DNA of 64,000 bases, taken from positions 243,142 to 307,141 of the forward strand of contig JACJYV010000004.1 of the NCBI GenBank assembly GCA_020635905.1, given 5' to 3'. The notes under the pieces are model-generated. The model saw only the letters and a program-made list of their open reading frames with translations, was not told the origin of the DNA and ran no database searches. Source of the stretch: Bacteroidia bacterium. GTDB lineage: Bacteria > Bacteroidota > Bacteroidia > J057 > JADKCL01. Made by a program: the position numbers and the translations under genes. Below, one piece after another: positions 19,491-28,093 of the stretch; the stretch's first letter is position 1; each line of letters starts with the position of its first letter.

Positions 19491-20789
19491 TTATTTAAAA
19501 TAATTGATATGAGCAATCCCCACCAACTGGTGGTTGCGGTCGGTGAAGTTTTTGTAATAAACCAGGATAGAATAGACGTTTTCCGTCTCATAATGGGACC
19601 CTTCCAGGCGTGATTCGTCGAGGTGGCCTGTTTTTCCGTCTTTGACTACGTATTGGTAATCGTACACGCCCTGCTTGAGCAGGACGCCCGTTTCGTAGCG
19701 GCGGGTATCTGCATTGAAAACACACTCAAATTCATCCTGAGCCCGCCAATCCGTCATTTTACTGAAGAGATACACCTTGTCATTGCCCATGGATTCGGGA
19801 AAATTGAGGGAAAATTTCACCAGCAGGTAATCAGCTTCGTAGTCGGCATTGGGCCATTCCTGCACCCCCACAAAGTAGCTGCCATTGAAATCGTACTGAC
19901 TCAGGTAGCGATTGGTGAGGCGGGGTTCCTCGGGCCAGAGACGCACGTAAAAGATGGAATCGAGGTCGCGCACGCTTTCCATGCGCTGAGAATGGAAGCG
20001 GGTGCTGCGCAGGTCCACCATGCGGTATTCGTTGCCTCCTTTGAATTCCGTGGCTGCATCAAAAACATACTGTAAACGATCGCCCTGCACAAACTGAGGT
20101 TGCACGTGAGTGGCGGCATTATCCCAACGAAAATTCTGCAGAATCACCACTTCAAGGTCCTGGTAGGGGTTATTGATCTGCATGCCGCTGGTAAAGAGGT
20201 CAAAGGAAACTGTTTGCAGGCGCATGCGCTGCGATACGTCAATGGTCTGACCCACATTGGGTTTGATCCCCACCTTATTATCTGCCACGATCATCCTGCG
20301 GCTGAAGGTGATATCTTCCTCGTCGCCCGCACGGTACACATACAACAGGTAATTTCCACTTTGGGTGAAGGCGATTCGCTCGGGATCCAGGATGTATTCG
20401 TAGTGAAAATAAGGCACTTTGGTGTTCTGTGATCGCTGCCAGTTGTAGATGCGGTCGTAGGTGACCCCGTCCAGAAATTCAATGGGAAGCACGTTTACGG
20501 GCTCCCAGTTGGCATCGGCAGGCAGAAAACCCACGTAGAAATCCTCGGGATCCTGGTCCCAGGGCACCAGTTCGTCGAATTCGAGGATGAGACGACCGGG
20601 CGAGCGCAGGGGAATGATGGGATAGCCCATTTCATTGCCTTCCACATAAAACTGAATGGTACGAATAGCCGGGTCGTACACCATGTCGCGGTATTCCAGG
20701 GTCGCATTTTGGGCGAAATTGAAGCCGGGGAGGAGGGAGGCGATCAGGAGAACGCTCCAAAGGGGAAGGATTTTGAATAAATTTTGCAT
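19491..20789 (-). CDS. secreted protein, DUF5103-like (T9SS-associated family; family name tentative)
   Basis: Track ORF trimmed to ATG 20789 (MQNLFKILPLWSVLLIASLLPGFNFAQ). Beta-rich, with C-terminal GVYDYQYVV and a YKNF..R tail resembling that family. Confidence 0.55.
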   Translation of the reverse strand: MQNLFKILPLWSVLLIASLLPGFNFAQNATLEYRDMVYDPAIRTIQFYVEGNEMGYPIIPLRSPGRLILEFDELVPWDQDPEDFYVGFLPADANWEPVNVLPIEFLDGVTYDRIYNWQRSQNTKVPYFHYEYILDPERIAFTQSGNYLLYVYRAGDEEDITFSRRMIVADNKVGIKPNVGQTIDVSQRMRLQTVSFDLFTSGMQINNPYQDLEVVILQNFRWDNAATHVQPQFVQGDRLQYVFDAATEFKGGNEYRMVDLRSTRFHSQRMESVRDLDSIFYVRLWPEEPRLTNRYLSQYDFNGSYFVGVQEWPNADYEADYLLVKFSLNFPESMGNDKVYLFSKMTDWRAQDEFECVFNADTRRYETGVLLKQGVYDYQYVVKDGKTGHLDESRLEGSHYETENVYSILVYYKNFTDRNHQLVGIAHINYFK

Positions 20790-20869
20790 GCCTGGGGGCC
20801 AATTTCCATGGATTAAACCAGGAAAACAAGGCAAATATTGTACCTGAATTTGAATTGCAACCTGGAAAA

Positions 20870-22786
20870 TCAGTTTTCGAGTTCTTCGAGCTCTTCGGCC
20901 AGTTTTTCCCATTCAGGATTGAGGGCTTCCAGGCGGAGGTCGATGGCATCCACTTCTTTCTGGATATTGGCCAGCCCTTCAAAATCACGCGCCATGTCGG
21001 GACTGCTCATTTTTTCCATCAGGGCTTCCTTTTTCTCCTCCAGTTCCATGATTTCCGCTTCCACCTTCTCAAACTGATTGCGCACCCGCTTCTCCTTTTT
21101 CCGCTTTTCCTTGTCTGCCCAGTAGTCGTGTTTTTCCTTGGGTTCCTCCGCCGTTTTCACGGATTGTACGGGCGCAGCGGCAGGAATTCCGGACTTCAGT
21201 TTGCGGTGATATTCAAATTCCTCGTAGGTGCCGGGGTATTCTTTGAGAATATGATTTTCAATGTACCAAATCTTATTGGCCACTTTGCCCAGGAAATAAC
21301 GGTCGTGAGATACCACCACATAGGTGCCTTCATAGCCATTGAGCGCCTGAATCAGGATTTCAATGCTGCCAATGTCGAGGTGGTTGGTGGGCTCGTCAAG
21401 CAGGAGAAAATTGGCTTCCAGCATGAGGGTTTTGGCCAAAGCAACCCGGCTTTTTTCCCCACCTGAAAGCACACTAATCTTTTTCTCCACATCGTCACCT
21501 GAAAAGAGAAATCCCCCCAGAATATTCCGCACATAGGTTTCGCCTTTTTTCATCACAAAACCGCGCATTTCCTGCAGGATGGTGTCGGTCTGGGTGAGGG
21601 ATTCGAGTTGGTGCTGGGCAAAAAAGGAGGGCTGCACGTTGGTCCCATAGGAGACCTGTCCGTCAAAAGGCTCAATCTCCCCGATCATGCGCAACAGCGT
21701 GGATTTTCCCATTCCGTTGGCTCCAATAAAAGCGATTTTGTCGCCCCGCACAATGGAGGCTTTGCAGGGGGTGAAAATGAGTTTATCCCCGTAACGTTTT
21801 CCCTTGATATCTATTTCCAGAATCTGCTTCCCGGGCTGAACAGAAGGCGAGAATTTGATTCTCACATCACTTCCCTCGGACTCTGGCGCACCAATTCGTT
21901 CCACTTTATCCAGCAGTTTGATCTTGCTTTGCACCTGACGGGCCTTGGTGGCTTTGGCGCGGAAACGATTGATAAATCGCTCCGTGTCCTTGATCATTTT
22001 TTGCTGGTTGTCGTACTCGCGTTTCAGTTGTTCTTCGCGAATCTCCTTCTCCTCGAGGTAAAAAGTATAGTTACCCTTATAAAAATGGAAGCGCTGATGC
22101 GCCACTTCAAGCGTACTTGTAACCAGACGATCCAGGATAAAACGGTCGTGGGAAATGATCACGTAGGCGCCTTTGAAGGAAGCCAGATACCCTTCCAGCC
22201 ACTCAATGGAGGGCAGGTCGAGGTGGTTGGTGGGCTCATCGAGCAGGAGCACATCGGGTTGGGTGAGGAGCAGTTTGGCCAGCATCACCCGCATGCGCCA
22301 ACCTCCTGAAAGGTTGTGATAAGGCGCTTTTTGCACTTCTTCGGGAAAACCCAGTCCGCCCAGAATCTCGTGCACACTGGTTTCCATGTTGTAGCCGCCC
22401 ATGGCCTCAAAAAGATGCTGCTTGTCTGAAAGGCGGCTGATCAGCTGCGGATCGGGATTTCCTTCCAAATCAACCAGCAATTGGTCAATTTCCTCCTTCA
22501 GTTTGAGCGCGGGGGCAAAGGCCTCCATGGCTACTTCGATCACAGAATCGCCTGATTCAAAGGAAAGTAACTCCTGGTGCAGATAGCCAATGCGGCAATC
22601 TTTGGCCATACTCACCTTGCCCGCGGTGGGGGTGAGGTCGCCTACAATCAGTTTGAGCAGGGTAGTTTTTCCTGTCCCATTACGGCCAATCAGTCCTACG
22701 CGGTCGCCGGGCTTGATCTGCCAGGTCGAATCCTTGTACAGGAAGCGACCGCTGAACTCAAACGATATGTTATCTAAGGTAATCAG
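20870..22786 (-). CDS. ABC-F family ATPase (Uup/YbiT-like, two ABC domains plus C-terminal coiled coil)
   Basis: Two Walker A / LSGG signature / Walker B sets and a charged C-terminal coiled coil. The first Walker A (GRNGTGKTT, 22661-22687) lies upstream of the first ATG/GTG/TTG (22615). The start is therefore set at in-frame CTG 22786 (or ATT 22783), giving an (M)ITLDNISF N-terminus. Confidence 0.8.
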   Translation of the reverse strand: MITLDNISFEFSGRFLYKDSTWQIKPGDRVGLIGRNGTGKTTLLKLIVGDLTPTAGKVSMAKDCRIGYLHQELLSFESGDSVIEVAMEAFAPALKLKEEIDQLLVDLEGNPDPQLISRLSDKQHLFEAMGGYNMETSVHEILGGLGFPEEVQKAPYHNLSGGWRMRVMLAKLLLTQPDVLLLDEPTNHLDLPSIEWLEGYLASFKGAYVIISHDRFILDRLVTSTLEVAHQRFHFYKGNYTFYLEEKEIREEQLKREYDNQQKMIKDTERFINRFRAKATKARQVQSKIKLLDKVERIGAPESEGSDVRIKFSPSVQPGKQILEIDIKGKRYGDKLIFTPCKASIVRGDKIAFIGANGMGKSTLLRMIGEIEPFDGQVSYGTNVQPSFFAQHQLESLTQTDTILQEMRGFVMKKGETYVRNILGGFLFSGDDVEKKISVLSGGEKSRVALAKTLMLEANFLLLDEPTNHLDIGSIEILIQALNGYEGTYVVVSHDRYFLGKVANKIWYIENHILKEYPGTYEEFEYHRKLKSGIPAAAPVQSVKTAEEPKEKHDYWADKEKRKKEKRVRNQFEKVEAEIMELEEKKEALMEKMSSPDMARDFEGLANIQKEVDAIDLRLEALNPEWEKLAEELEELEN

Positions 22787-22795
22787 TGGATTTGC

Positions 22796-23296
22796 TTATC
22801 CCAGGTCAACCACGTCGAAAATTACAAGCAAACCAAAGATCAAACCTCCAAAGTAAACGGCAATCAGCCAGAGGATCAGGTCGATCCAGAAGTTGGTGGA
22901 GGCGGTGCCATCGTAGAGATATACGCCCAGTGGGGGCAGGAGGATGGTCAGGATTACGATCAGGACGAAGTCCACTTCTTTGGTTTTCCCGGGGGAAAAC
23001 ATCTTTTTCCACATGAGTTTGCTGGCCTGACGACGCATTTGCTTGCGGGCCTGCTTGTCGGCTTTGGCGGCTACGGGAGCTTTCATTTCTGAGGCAGCAG
23101 GAGTGGTGGCGAGCTCACTGGCAGATTGGGGAAGGGCTTCCAGACTTTCGTTTTGCATTCTTTCTGCGCCGCTCACCCGGCCATTGCGGGCAGTGGTTTG
23201 CTGATTTGTTTCATTGCCTGAAACGGCAAATGCCTGGGCAAAGGAAAATATCAGTGCCAGGCCCAGGATCAGTGAGGTATAGCTGAGTTTTTTCAT
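22796..23296 (-). CDS. Pmp3/YqaE-family small-membrane-protein domain fused to a secreted low-complexity N-terminal region
   Basis: Trimmed to ATG 23296 (MKKLSYTSLILGLALIFSFAQAFA). C-terminal LIVILTILLPPLGVYLY...NFWIDLILWL matches the Pmp3/UPF0057 pattern. Confidence 0.6.
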   Translation of the reverse strand: MKKLSYTSLILGLALIFSFAQAFAVSGNETNQQTTARNGRVSGAERMQNESLEALPQSASELATTPAASEMKAPVAAKADKQARKQMRRQASKLMWKKMFSPGKTKEVDFVLIVILTILLPPLGVYLYDGTASTNFWIDLILWLIAVYFGGLIFGLLVIFDVVDLG

Positions 23297-23407
23297 GTTA
23301 ATTTTGATTTTTATCAGAGACCGAATTTCTCTATTTCCGTGCAATTGTCAAACCCGATTTGCAAATAAGATTTCATCCACCCGCGGATTTCTCTATTTTT
23401 GCTGGAA

Positions 23408-23917
23408 ATGATCCCCAATCTGAGCATTCGAAACTGGATTTCACTGGCCCTCACGGTCCTTTCCCTGGCTTTTTTGTATCCGGGCCTGACTACACCCGTG
23501 CTGACTCTGGATATTTCCCTTGATCTGCTTTTCACCCGTTCCACGGTGATGCACGAAACCCAAAGTGTGGTTTCCTCCATTGAAAGCCTGTTTGAGAATA
23601 AAAACGGATTTGTGGCTTTTCTGATTCTTCTTTTCAGCATCGTGGTGCCCATTTCCAAAGCCATGCTCATGCTGTGCCTGTTCCTGATCAAAGCGCTGCG
23701 CCCCAGGGCGGAAATCCTGCACAAAGTGGTGTATATCATTGGGAAATGGTCCATGGCCGACGTTTTTGTGATAGCCATTCTGATTGCCTTTATGGCGATC
23801 AGGGCTAATGAAAACGTCCATGCGACCCTCCACAATGGCTTTTATTACTTTCTGAGTTACTGTCTGATTTCCCTGGCCGCCATTTCCGTGGCCGACTTCA
23901 AAAGCCTGGAAAAATAA
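23408..23917 (+). CDS. paraquat-inducible protein A (PqiA)-like membrane protein, single module
   Basis: PqiA-type motifs: FLILLFSIVVPISK and IGKWSMADVFVIAILIAF. Start at ATG 23408 (TTG 23399 is an alternative). Confidence 0.65.
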   Translation: MIPNLSIRNWISLALTVLSLAFLYPGLTTPVLTLDISLDLLFTRSTVMHETQSVVSSIESLFENKNGFVAFLILLFSIVVPISKAMLMLCLFLIKALRPRAEILHKVVYIIGKWSMADVFVIAILIAFMAIRANENVHATLHNGFYYFLSYCLISLAAISVADFKSLEK

Positions 23918-23925
23918 TCCCATCC

Positions 23926-24930
23926 ATGGAAAAGTTTACTGGAATTGCCTTTCCCCGAGCTGCCCTGGTGGGAAATCCTTCTGACGGTTATCACGGCAAG
24001 ACCATTGCGTTTGTGTTCAGCAATTTTCAGGCAGAAGTGGAAATTGAGCCCTCAGATTTGCTGGAAATCGTGCCTGGAGAGCGGGATAATTTGACTTTTA
24101 GCAGCCTGGGGGAATTGGTTCAGGGAATTGATCTGTATGGATATTACGGGGGAATTCGCCTGATCAAAGCCGCTTTGAAGGTGTTTTACACCTATTTTAC
24201 CCGCGAAGGCTTCAAAGTTCCTGCGGCCAATTTTCGCATCAGCTATCGCTCCAATATTCCCAATCGCCTGGGCCTGGCTGGCTCCAGCGCCATTATTACG
24301 GCCACATTTCGGGCGCTGATGGGTTTTTATAAAGTGGAATTACCCCCGCCTTTGCTGGCTATGCTGGTTCTTTCCGTGGAAACCAAAGAATTGAGGATTC
24401 CAGCAGGTTTGCAGGATCGGGTGGCTCAGGCCTATGAGCAGCCCGTTTTCATGAATTTTTCCCGGGAAAAATTCGATCCTGTATTGGGTGGTCAATATGA
24501 GCCCTTTCCCAAAAGCTGGTTGCCTGATATTTATCTGGCTTTCGACCGCGGGGCGGCCCTGGGCTCAGAAGTGAGTCATGCTGATTTACGGGAGCGTTTT
24601 GAGCAGGGCCAGGGTGGAGTGAGGCAGGCCATGCATGGCTTTGCCCAGCTCACAGATCAGGCCATGGGCCTGATGCGGCAGGGGAGAGGCCGGGAAATCG
24701 GGCCTCTGCTGGATCAGAATTTTGAACTTCGCAAAACGATCATGGCCCTGAATCCGCGGGATGTCCGCATGGTGGAACTGGCCCGCGGATGCGGGGTGAG
24801 CGCTAAGTTTACGGGGTCAGGAGGAGCGATAATTGGCACGTATGAAGGTGAAAATCAATTTAATCACCTGAAAACTGAAATGAAAAAATCGGGCATTGAG
24901 GTGATCAAACCTGCTGTTATGGGGAATTAG
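23926..24930 (+). CDS. GHMP kinase, glucuronokinase-like
   Basis: GHMP motif NIPNRLGLAGSSAI. Also a motif set I recall from plant glucuronokinase: GNPSDGYHGKTI, GYYGGIRL, AGLQDRVAQAY, MVELAR...KFTGSGGA. Confidence 0.72.
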   Translation: MEKFTGIAFPRAALVGNPSDGYHGKTIAFVFSNFQAEVEIEPSDLLEIVPGERDNLTFSSLGELVQGIDLYGYYGGIRLIKAALKVFYTYFTREGFKVPAANFRISYRSNIPNRLGLAGSSAIITATFRALMGFYKVELPPPLLAMLVLSVETKELRIPAGLQDRVAQAYEQPVFMNFSREKFDPVLGGQYEPFPKSWLPDIYLAFDRGAALGSEVSHADLRERFEQGQGGVRQAMHGFAQLTDQAMGLMRQGRGREIGPLLDQNFELRKTIMALNPRDVRMVELARGCGVSAKFTGSGGAIIGTYEGENQFNHLKTEMKKSGIEVIKPAVMGN

Positions 24931-24949
24931 AAATTGGTAAATTGCAGAC

Positions 24950-25327
24950 ATGAGTGAGGAAAATCAGCCTTTACTGCAAATCGTCAACTACTGGAATGTC
25001 AGCTCAGTGGGGTTGATTGTGGAGTTGTATGCACCCGCAGAAGGCCCGTTGACGGATTTGATCCTGTGGTCGCATGAATTGCAGAAGCAGTGGATGGTGC
25101 GTTCCAGGCTGATTTACAATCATGCTTTGGATGAGCAAACCCGCTTTCCAGGTGAGCGGGAGCAGATGCTTTTCCTTTCCTTTGAAGATGCAGAGAAAGC
25201 CGATCATTCCCGTTCCAAATTGCTGTTGAATGAGGCCAAGGGCATTTTTCAATACCTTTTTCAGCCCCTGGGCCATTCCACTGATCCGTTGGTGGGCGAC
25301 AGGTTGATTTCAATTAAGGAAGATTAA
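24950..25327 (+). CDS. hypothetical protein
   Basis: 125-aa ORF 19 nt downstream of the GHMP kinase on the same strand. No recognisable motif. Confidence 0.45.
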   Translation: MSEENQPLLQIVNYWNVSSVGLIVELYAPAEGPLTDLILWSHELQKQWMVRSRLIYNHALDEQTRFPGEREQMLFLSFEDAEKADHSRSKLLLNEAKGIFQYLFQPLGHSTDPLVGDRLISIKED

Positions 25328-25336
25328 ACTTTAGCT

Positions 25337-25924
25337 ATGAGAGGTTTTAGCAATCCCGACGAATATTTTGCCAATCAGGATCATTTTGCTGCTGAACAAT
25401 TGCGGCTACGCGAGATTTTCCTGAAGACAGAACTCAAGGAAGAAATGAAATGGGGAGGCCCCATTTATACCCTCAAAGGCAAGAATGTGGCCGCTATGGG
25501 CGCTTTCAAATCTTATGTGGGCATCTGGTTTCACCAGGGAGTTTTTCTGAAAGATCCTGCCAAAGTGCTGATCAATGCCCAGGAAGGTGTGACCAAAGCC
25601 TTGCGGCAATGGAGATTTGATTCCATGGCTGAGATTGACGAAAAATTGATTTTGGAATATCTGGCAGAAGCCATTCAAAACATGAAGGAGGGCAAGGTAA
25701 TGAAACCCCAGCCCAAACCTCTCCTTATTCCCTTAGAACTGGAAAATGCGCTCAAAAAAGATGCTGTTTTGAACGAAAGTTTTGAGTCACTGAGCCAGGG
25801 TTGCAAGAAGGAATATGCGGGCTACATCCTCGAAGCCAAACGCGAAGAAACCCGTCTTGCCCGGGTGGAAAAGATCATTCCCATGATCCTGAAAAAAGTG
25901 GGTTTGAATGACAGGTATAAATAA
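25337..25924 (+). CDS. DUF1801 plus YdeI/OmpD-associated family protein
   Basis: 195 aa. N-terminal YdhG-like region (EEMKWGGPIYT...VAAMGAFKSYVGIWF). C-terminal YdeI-type region (KKEYAGYILEAKREETRLARVEKII). Confidence 0.7.
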   Translation: MRGFSNPDEYFANQDHFAAEQLRLREIFLKTELKEEMKWGGPIYTLKGKNVAAMGAFKSYVGIWFHQGVFLKDPAKVLINAQEGVTKALRQWRFDSMAEIDEKLILEYLAEAIQNMKEGKVMKPQPKPLLIPLELENALKKDAVLNESFESLSQGCKKEYAGYILEAKREETRLARVEKIIPMILKKVGLNDRYK

Positions 25925-25997
25925 GCTTCGGGCTGCCCCAGGCTTCAAGCCAATTGAGGAACTTACAACTCACAACTTACAACTAATCCCCAACCAA
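25925..25997. repeat. heptanucleotide-phased intergenic tract (R3)
   Basis: Runs stop-to-stop. Parses as gcttcgg gctgccc caggctt caagcca attgagg aacttac aactcac aacttac aactaat. Confidence 0.75.
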
Positions 25998-26864
25998 CTA
26001 TTCCAAATCTAAACTCCTCAACCATTCCCGCAAGGCAGGACCTGTGCCTTCCTTTTTCAGGCCGAAGTGAACGTTGGCTTTGATGAAATCAAGGGTGTTG
26101 CCCACGTCGTGCCGTCGGCCTTCGAAACGAAGGCCGTACATGGCCCGGTCACGGAGCATGGCCCGCATGGCGTCGGCCAGTTGGATTTCCTGGTGAAGAC
26201 CAGGTTGGGTTTGGTCCAGATAATCAAAGATTTCTGCAGTAAAAATATAGCGCCCGGCAATCGCCAGGCGCGATGGGGCTACCTCCTGACTGGGTTTTTC
26301 AACCCAGTCTTCCGCCAGCCAGAGATTTTCAGAAATCTCTTTTCCTTTCAATATTCCATAACGACTGACCATTTCCATAGGAACTTCCTCCAGGGCAATT
26401 ACCGGGTCCTGGTAACGGTCAAAAACCTTCATCAGTTGGGCGGTGACAGGGGTGGAATCTGATTCAACAATTGAATCACCCAGGAGTACAGCAAAAGCCT
26501 CATTGCCAACATGATAACGGGCGTAACGTATAGCATCACCCAAGCCGTTCAGCTCCTTTTGCCAGACAAAATGAATGTCTGCCAGATTGGAAATCCTGCG
26601 GATTCTTTTCAGCAATTTTTCCTTGCCCTGTTCGGCCAGTTGTTGCTCCAGTTCCCAGTTGCGGTCAAAATGTTCCTCAATGGCGCGCTTGCCCTTGCCA
26701 ATGATCATCAGAATGTCCGTAATGCCCGAAGCCACTGCCTCCTCCACCACATATTCGATCACAGGCGTATCCACCACTGGCAACATTTCCTTGGGCTGCG
26801 ACTTCGTCGCAGGCAGCATCCGCGTTCCAAATCCCGCAGCAGGTATGACGGCTTTTTTGATCAA
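25998..26864 (-). CDS. galU: UTP--glucose-1-phosphate uridylyltransferase (GalU-type sugar-1-phosphate nucleotidyltransferase)
   Basis: 288 aa. The N-terminus KAVIPAAGFGTRMLPATKSQPKEMLPVVD is the classical GalU signature. TTG start at 26864. Confidence 0.88.
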   Translation of the reverse strand: MIKKAVIPAAGFGTRMLPATKSQPKEMLPVVDTPVIEYVVEEAVASGITDILMIIGKGKRAIEEHFDRNWELEQQLAEQGKEKLLKRIRRISNLADIHFVWQKELNGLGDAIRYARYHVGNEAFAVLLGDSIVESDSTPVTAQLMKVFDRYQDPVIALEEVPMEMVSRYGILKGKEISENLWLAEDWVEKPSQEVAPSRLAIAGRYIFTAEIFDYLDQTQPGLHQEIQLADAMRAMLRDRAMYGLRFEGRRHDVGNTLDFIKANVHFGLKKEGTGPALREWLRSLDLE

Positions 26865-27037
26865 GTTCAGATTTTAGATTTTAGATGGATAGATTTTAGA
26901 GGTTAGTCTTGAGTCCTTAGTCCTTAGAGGTAAGATAAAAGACAGTTCAAGTTTCGCCACTCGCCACTCGCCACTCGCCACTTGAAACTCTGAACTTACA
27001 ACCACCCGCTCGCAGCTCGAAGCCAGCAGCTTGAAGC
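26865..27037. repeat. heptanucleotide-phased intergenic tract (R4)
   Basis: 23 consecutive units between the galU start and the MIOX stop. 11 end in AG, 7 in AC (including TCGCCAC x4) and 5 in GC. Only 3 units are not exactly 7 nt. Confidence 0.85.
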
Positions 27038-27850
27038 CTAAAAATAAACGGGGGCTTTGCCGAGATATTTCTCAATGATGGGCTGATAATACTCCATCAG
27101 TTGGTCGAGGTTGTAGGTGACGGGAGCTTTGGTGTACAGATCAAACAGGTTGAATTCGCGCACCCACTCTTTGTACTGCTCGTCGCGGTCATCATCGAGG
27201 AGGGAATAGGCTCCGTGGCTGTGCCAGGGGTAAAATGAGTGGTAACGGACCATGATCATGCCCGCTTCAGGGATGCGGTTTTCTGGATGGTGGCTCAGCA
27301 CCTGAAACAGATATTCGTCGTGTCCCCAGGCTTTGAGGCAATTGTCAATGCCGCAATTGGCTTCGTACATGCCCAGGGGGGTAAAATAATCCGGGTTTTC
27401 CATGTCGGGATTCAACTCATTGAATTCGGGAAAAACCACGCCCTGCGGCAGCTGACATCCCACCAGAAAAATATCGCCCACCAGGCCCCATTGCTCTTTG
27501 AGCGAGGTGCCGTCCTCGTCGCAACCCCACAGGTACATGACCTTGCCCAGGTCATGGATGAGGGCCACCAACTGAAACCAATCGGGTTTTCCGGCACGTC
27601 TGGCGCCTTCTGCGGCCTGCAAAAGGTGCTGTACATTGGGCAGGTCCATGTCGGGATCGCTGAGATCCACGAAGTCATTCAGGCCCTCCAGGGCCTGACG
27701 GATGGTCATGGGATGGTCGAAGGTCAGGTATTTGGCCTGCATCCTTCTGACGTAGGCAACCGTCTGATTTTGGCGCATTTTGCGGTAATTTTCGCGCACA
27801 GCGGGCAGCAAATGCCCGGTTTCGTAATTGCGGAATTGGGTCTTTTCCAT
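27038..27850 (-). CDS. myo-inositol oxygenase
   Basis: About 270 aa with MIOX/HD-type di-iron motifs: LIHDLGKV, AWGHDEY, RYHSFYPWH, and C-terminal DLYTK. Trimmed to ATG 27850; the longer ORF reads into the MITE. Confidence 0.85.
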   Translation of the reverse strand: MEKTQFRNYETGHLLPAVRENYRKMRQNQTVAYVRRMQAKYLTFDHPMTIRQALEGLNDFVDLSDPDMDLPNVQHLLQAAEGARRAGKPDWFQLVALIHDLGKVMYLWGCDEDGTSLKEQWGLVGDIFLVGCQLPQGVVFPEFNELNPDMENPDYFTPLGMYEANCGIDNCLKAWGHDEYLFQVLSHHPENRIPEAGMIMVRYHSFYPWHSHGAYSLLDDDRDEQYKEWVREFNLFDLYTKAPVTYNLDQLMEYYQPIIEKYLGKAPVYF

Positions 27851-27867
27851 GGGGTGAAGATAATAAA

Positions 27868-27989
27868 GGGAACCTCTAAAAACAAAGAAGATCAAGGCGG
27901 ACGCAGGTGAAGAAAGCGGAGTTTACTACCGTAAATGAGCATTTCTGAGCCAAGTCCAACGCAGAGATTCGAAGTTTGTAGAGGTTCCC
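27868..27989 (+). mobile_element. MITE-like 122-bp element, copy 2
   Basis: GGGAACCTCTAAAAAC ... GTTTGTAGAGGTTCCC, with 15 of 16 TIR positions matching. Flanked by the direct duplication TAAA (27864-27867 and 27990-27993). Confidence 0.72.
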
Positions 27990-28093
27990 TAAATTTTGCG
28001 GCCTTCCCCAAGGCGTGCTTTCTCATTTGAATAAATGTGAATATGCTTTAGCTTTGCCTCAACGATGCACGCAAAAAACACATACCCAGCCGT

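Noticed and set aside
26865-27037. Whether the intergenic repeat tracts could be CRISPR arrays.
   Set aside because: The units are 7 nt, contiguous and degenerate, with no 25-40-nt repeats alternating with unique spacers. There is no leader, and no cas genes are in the window.
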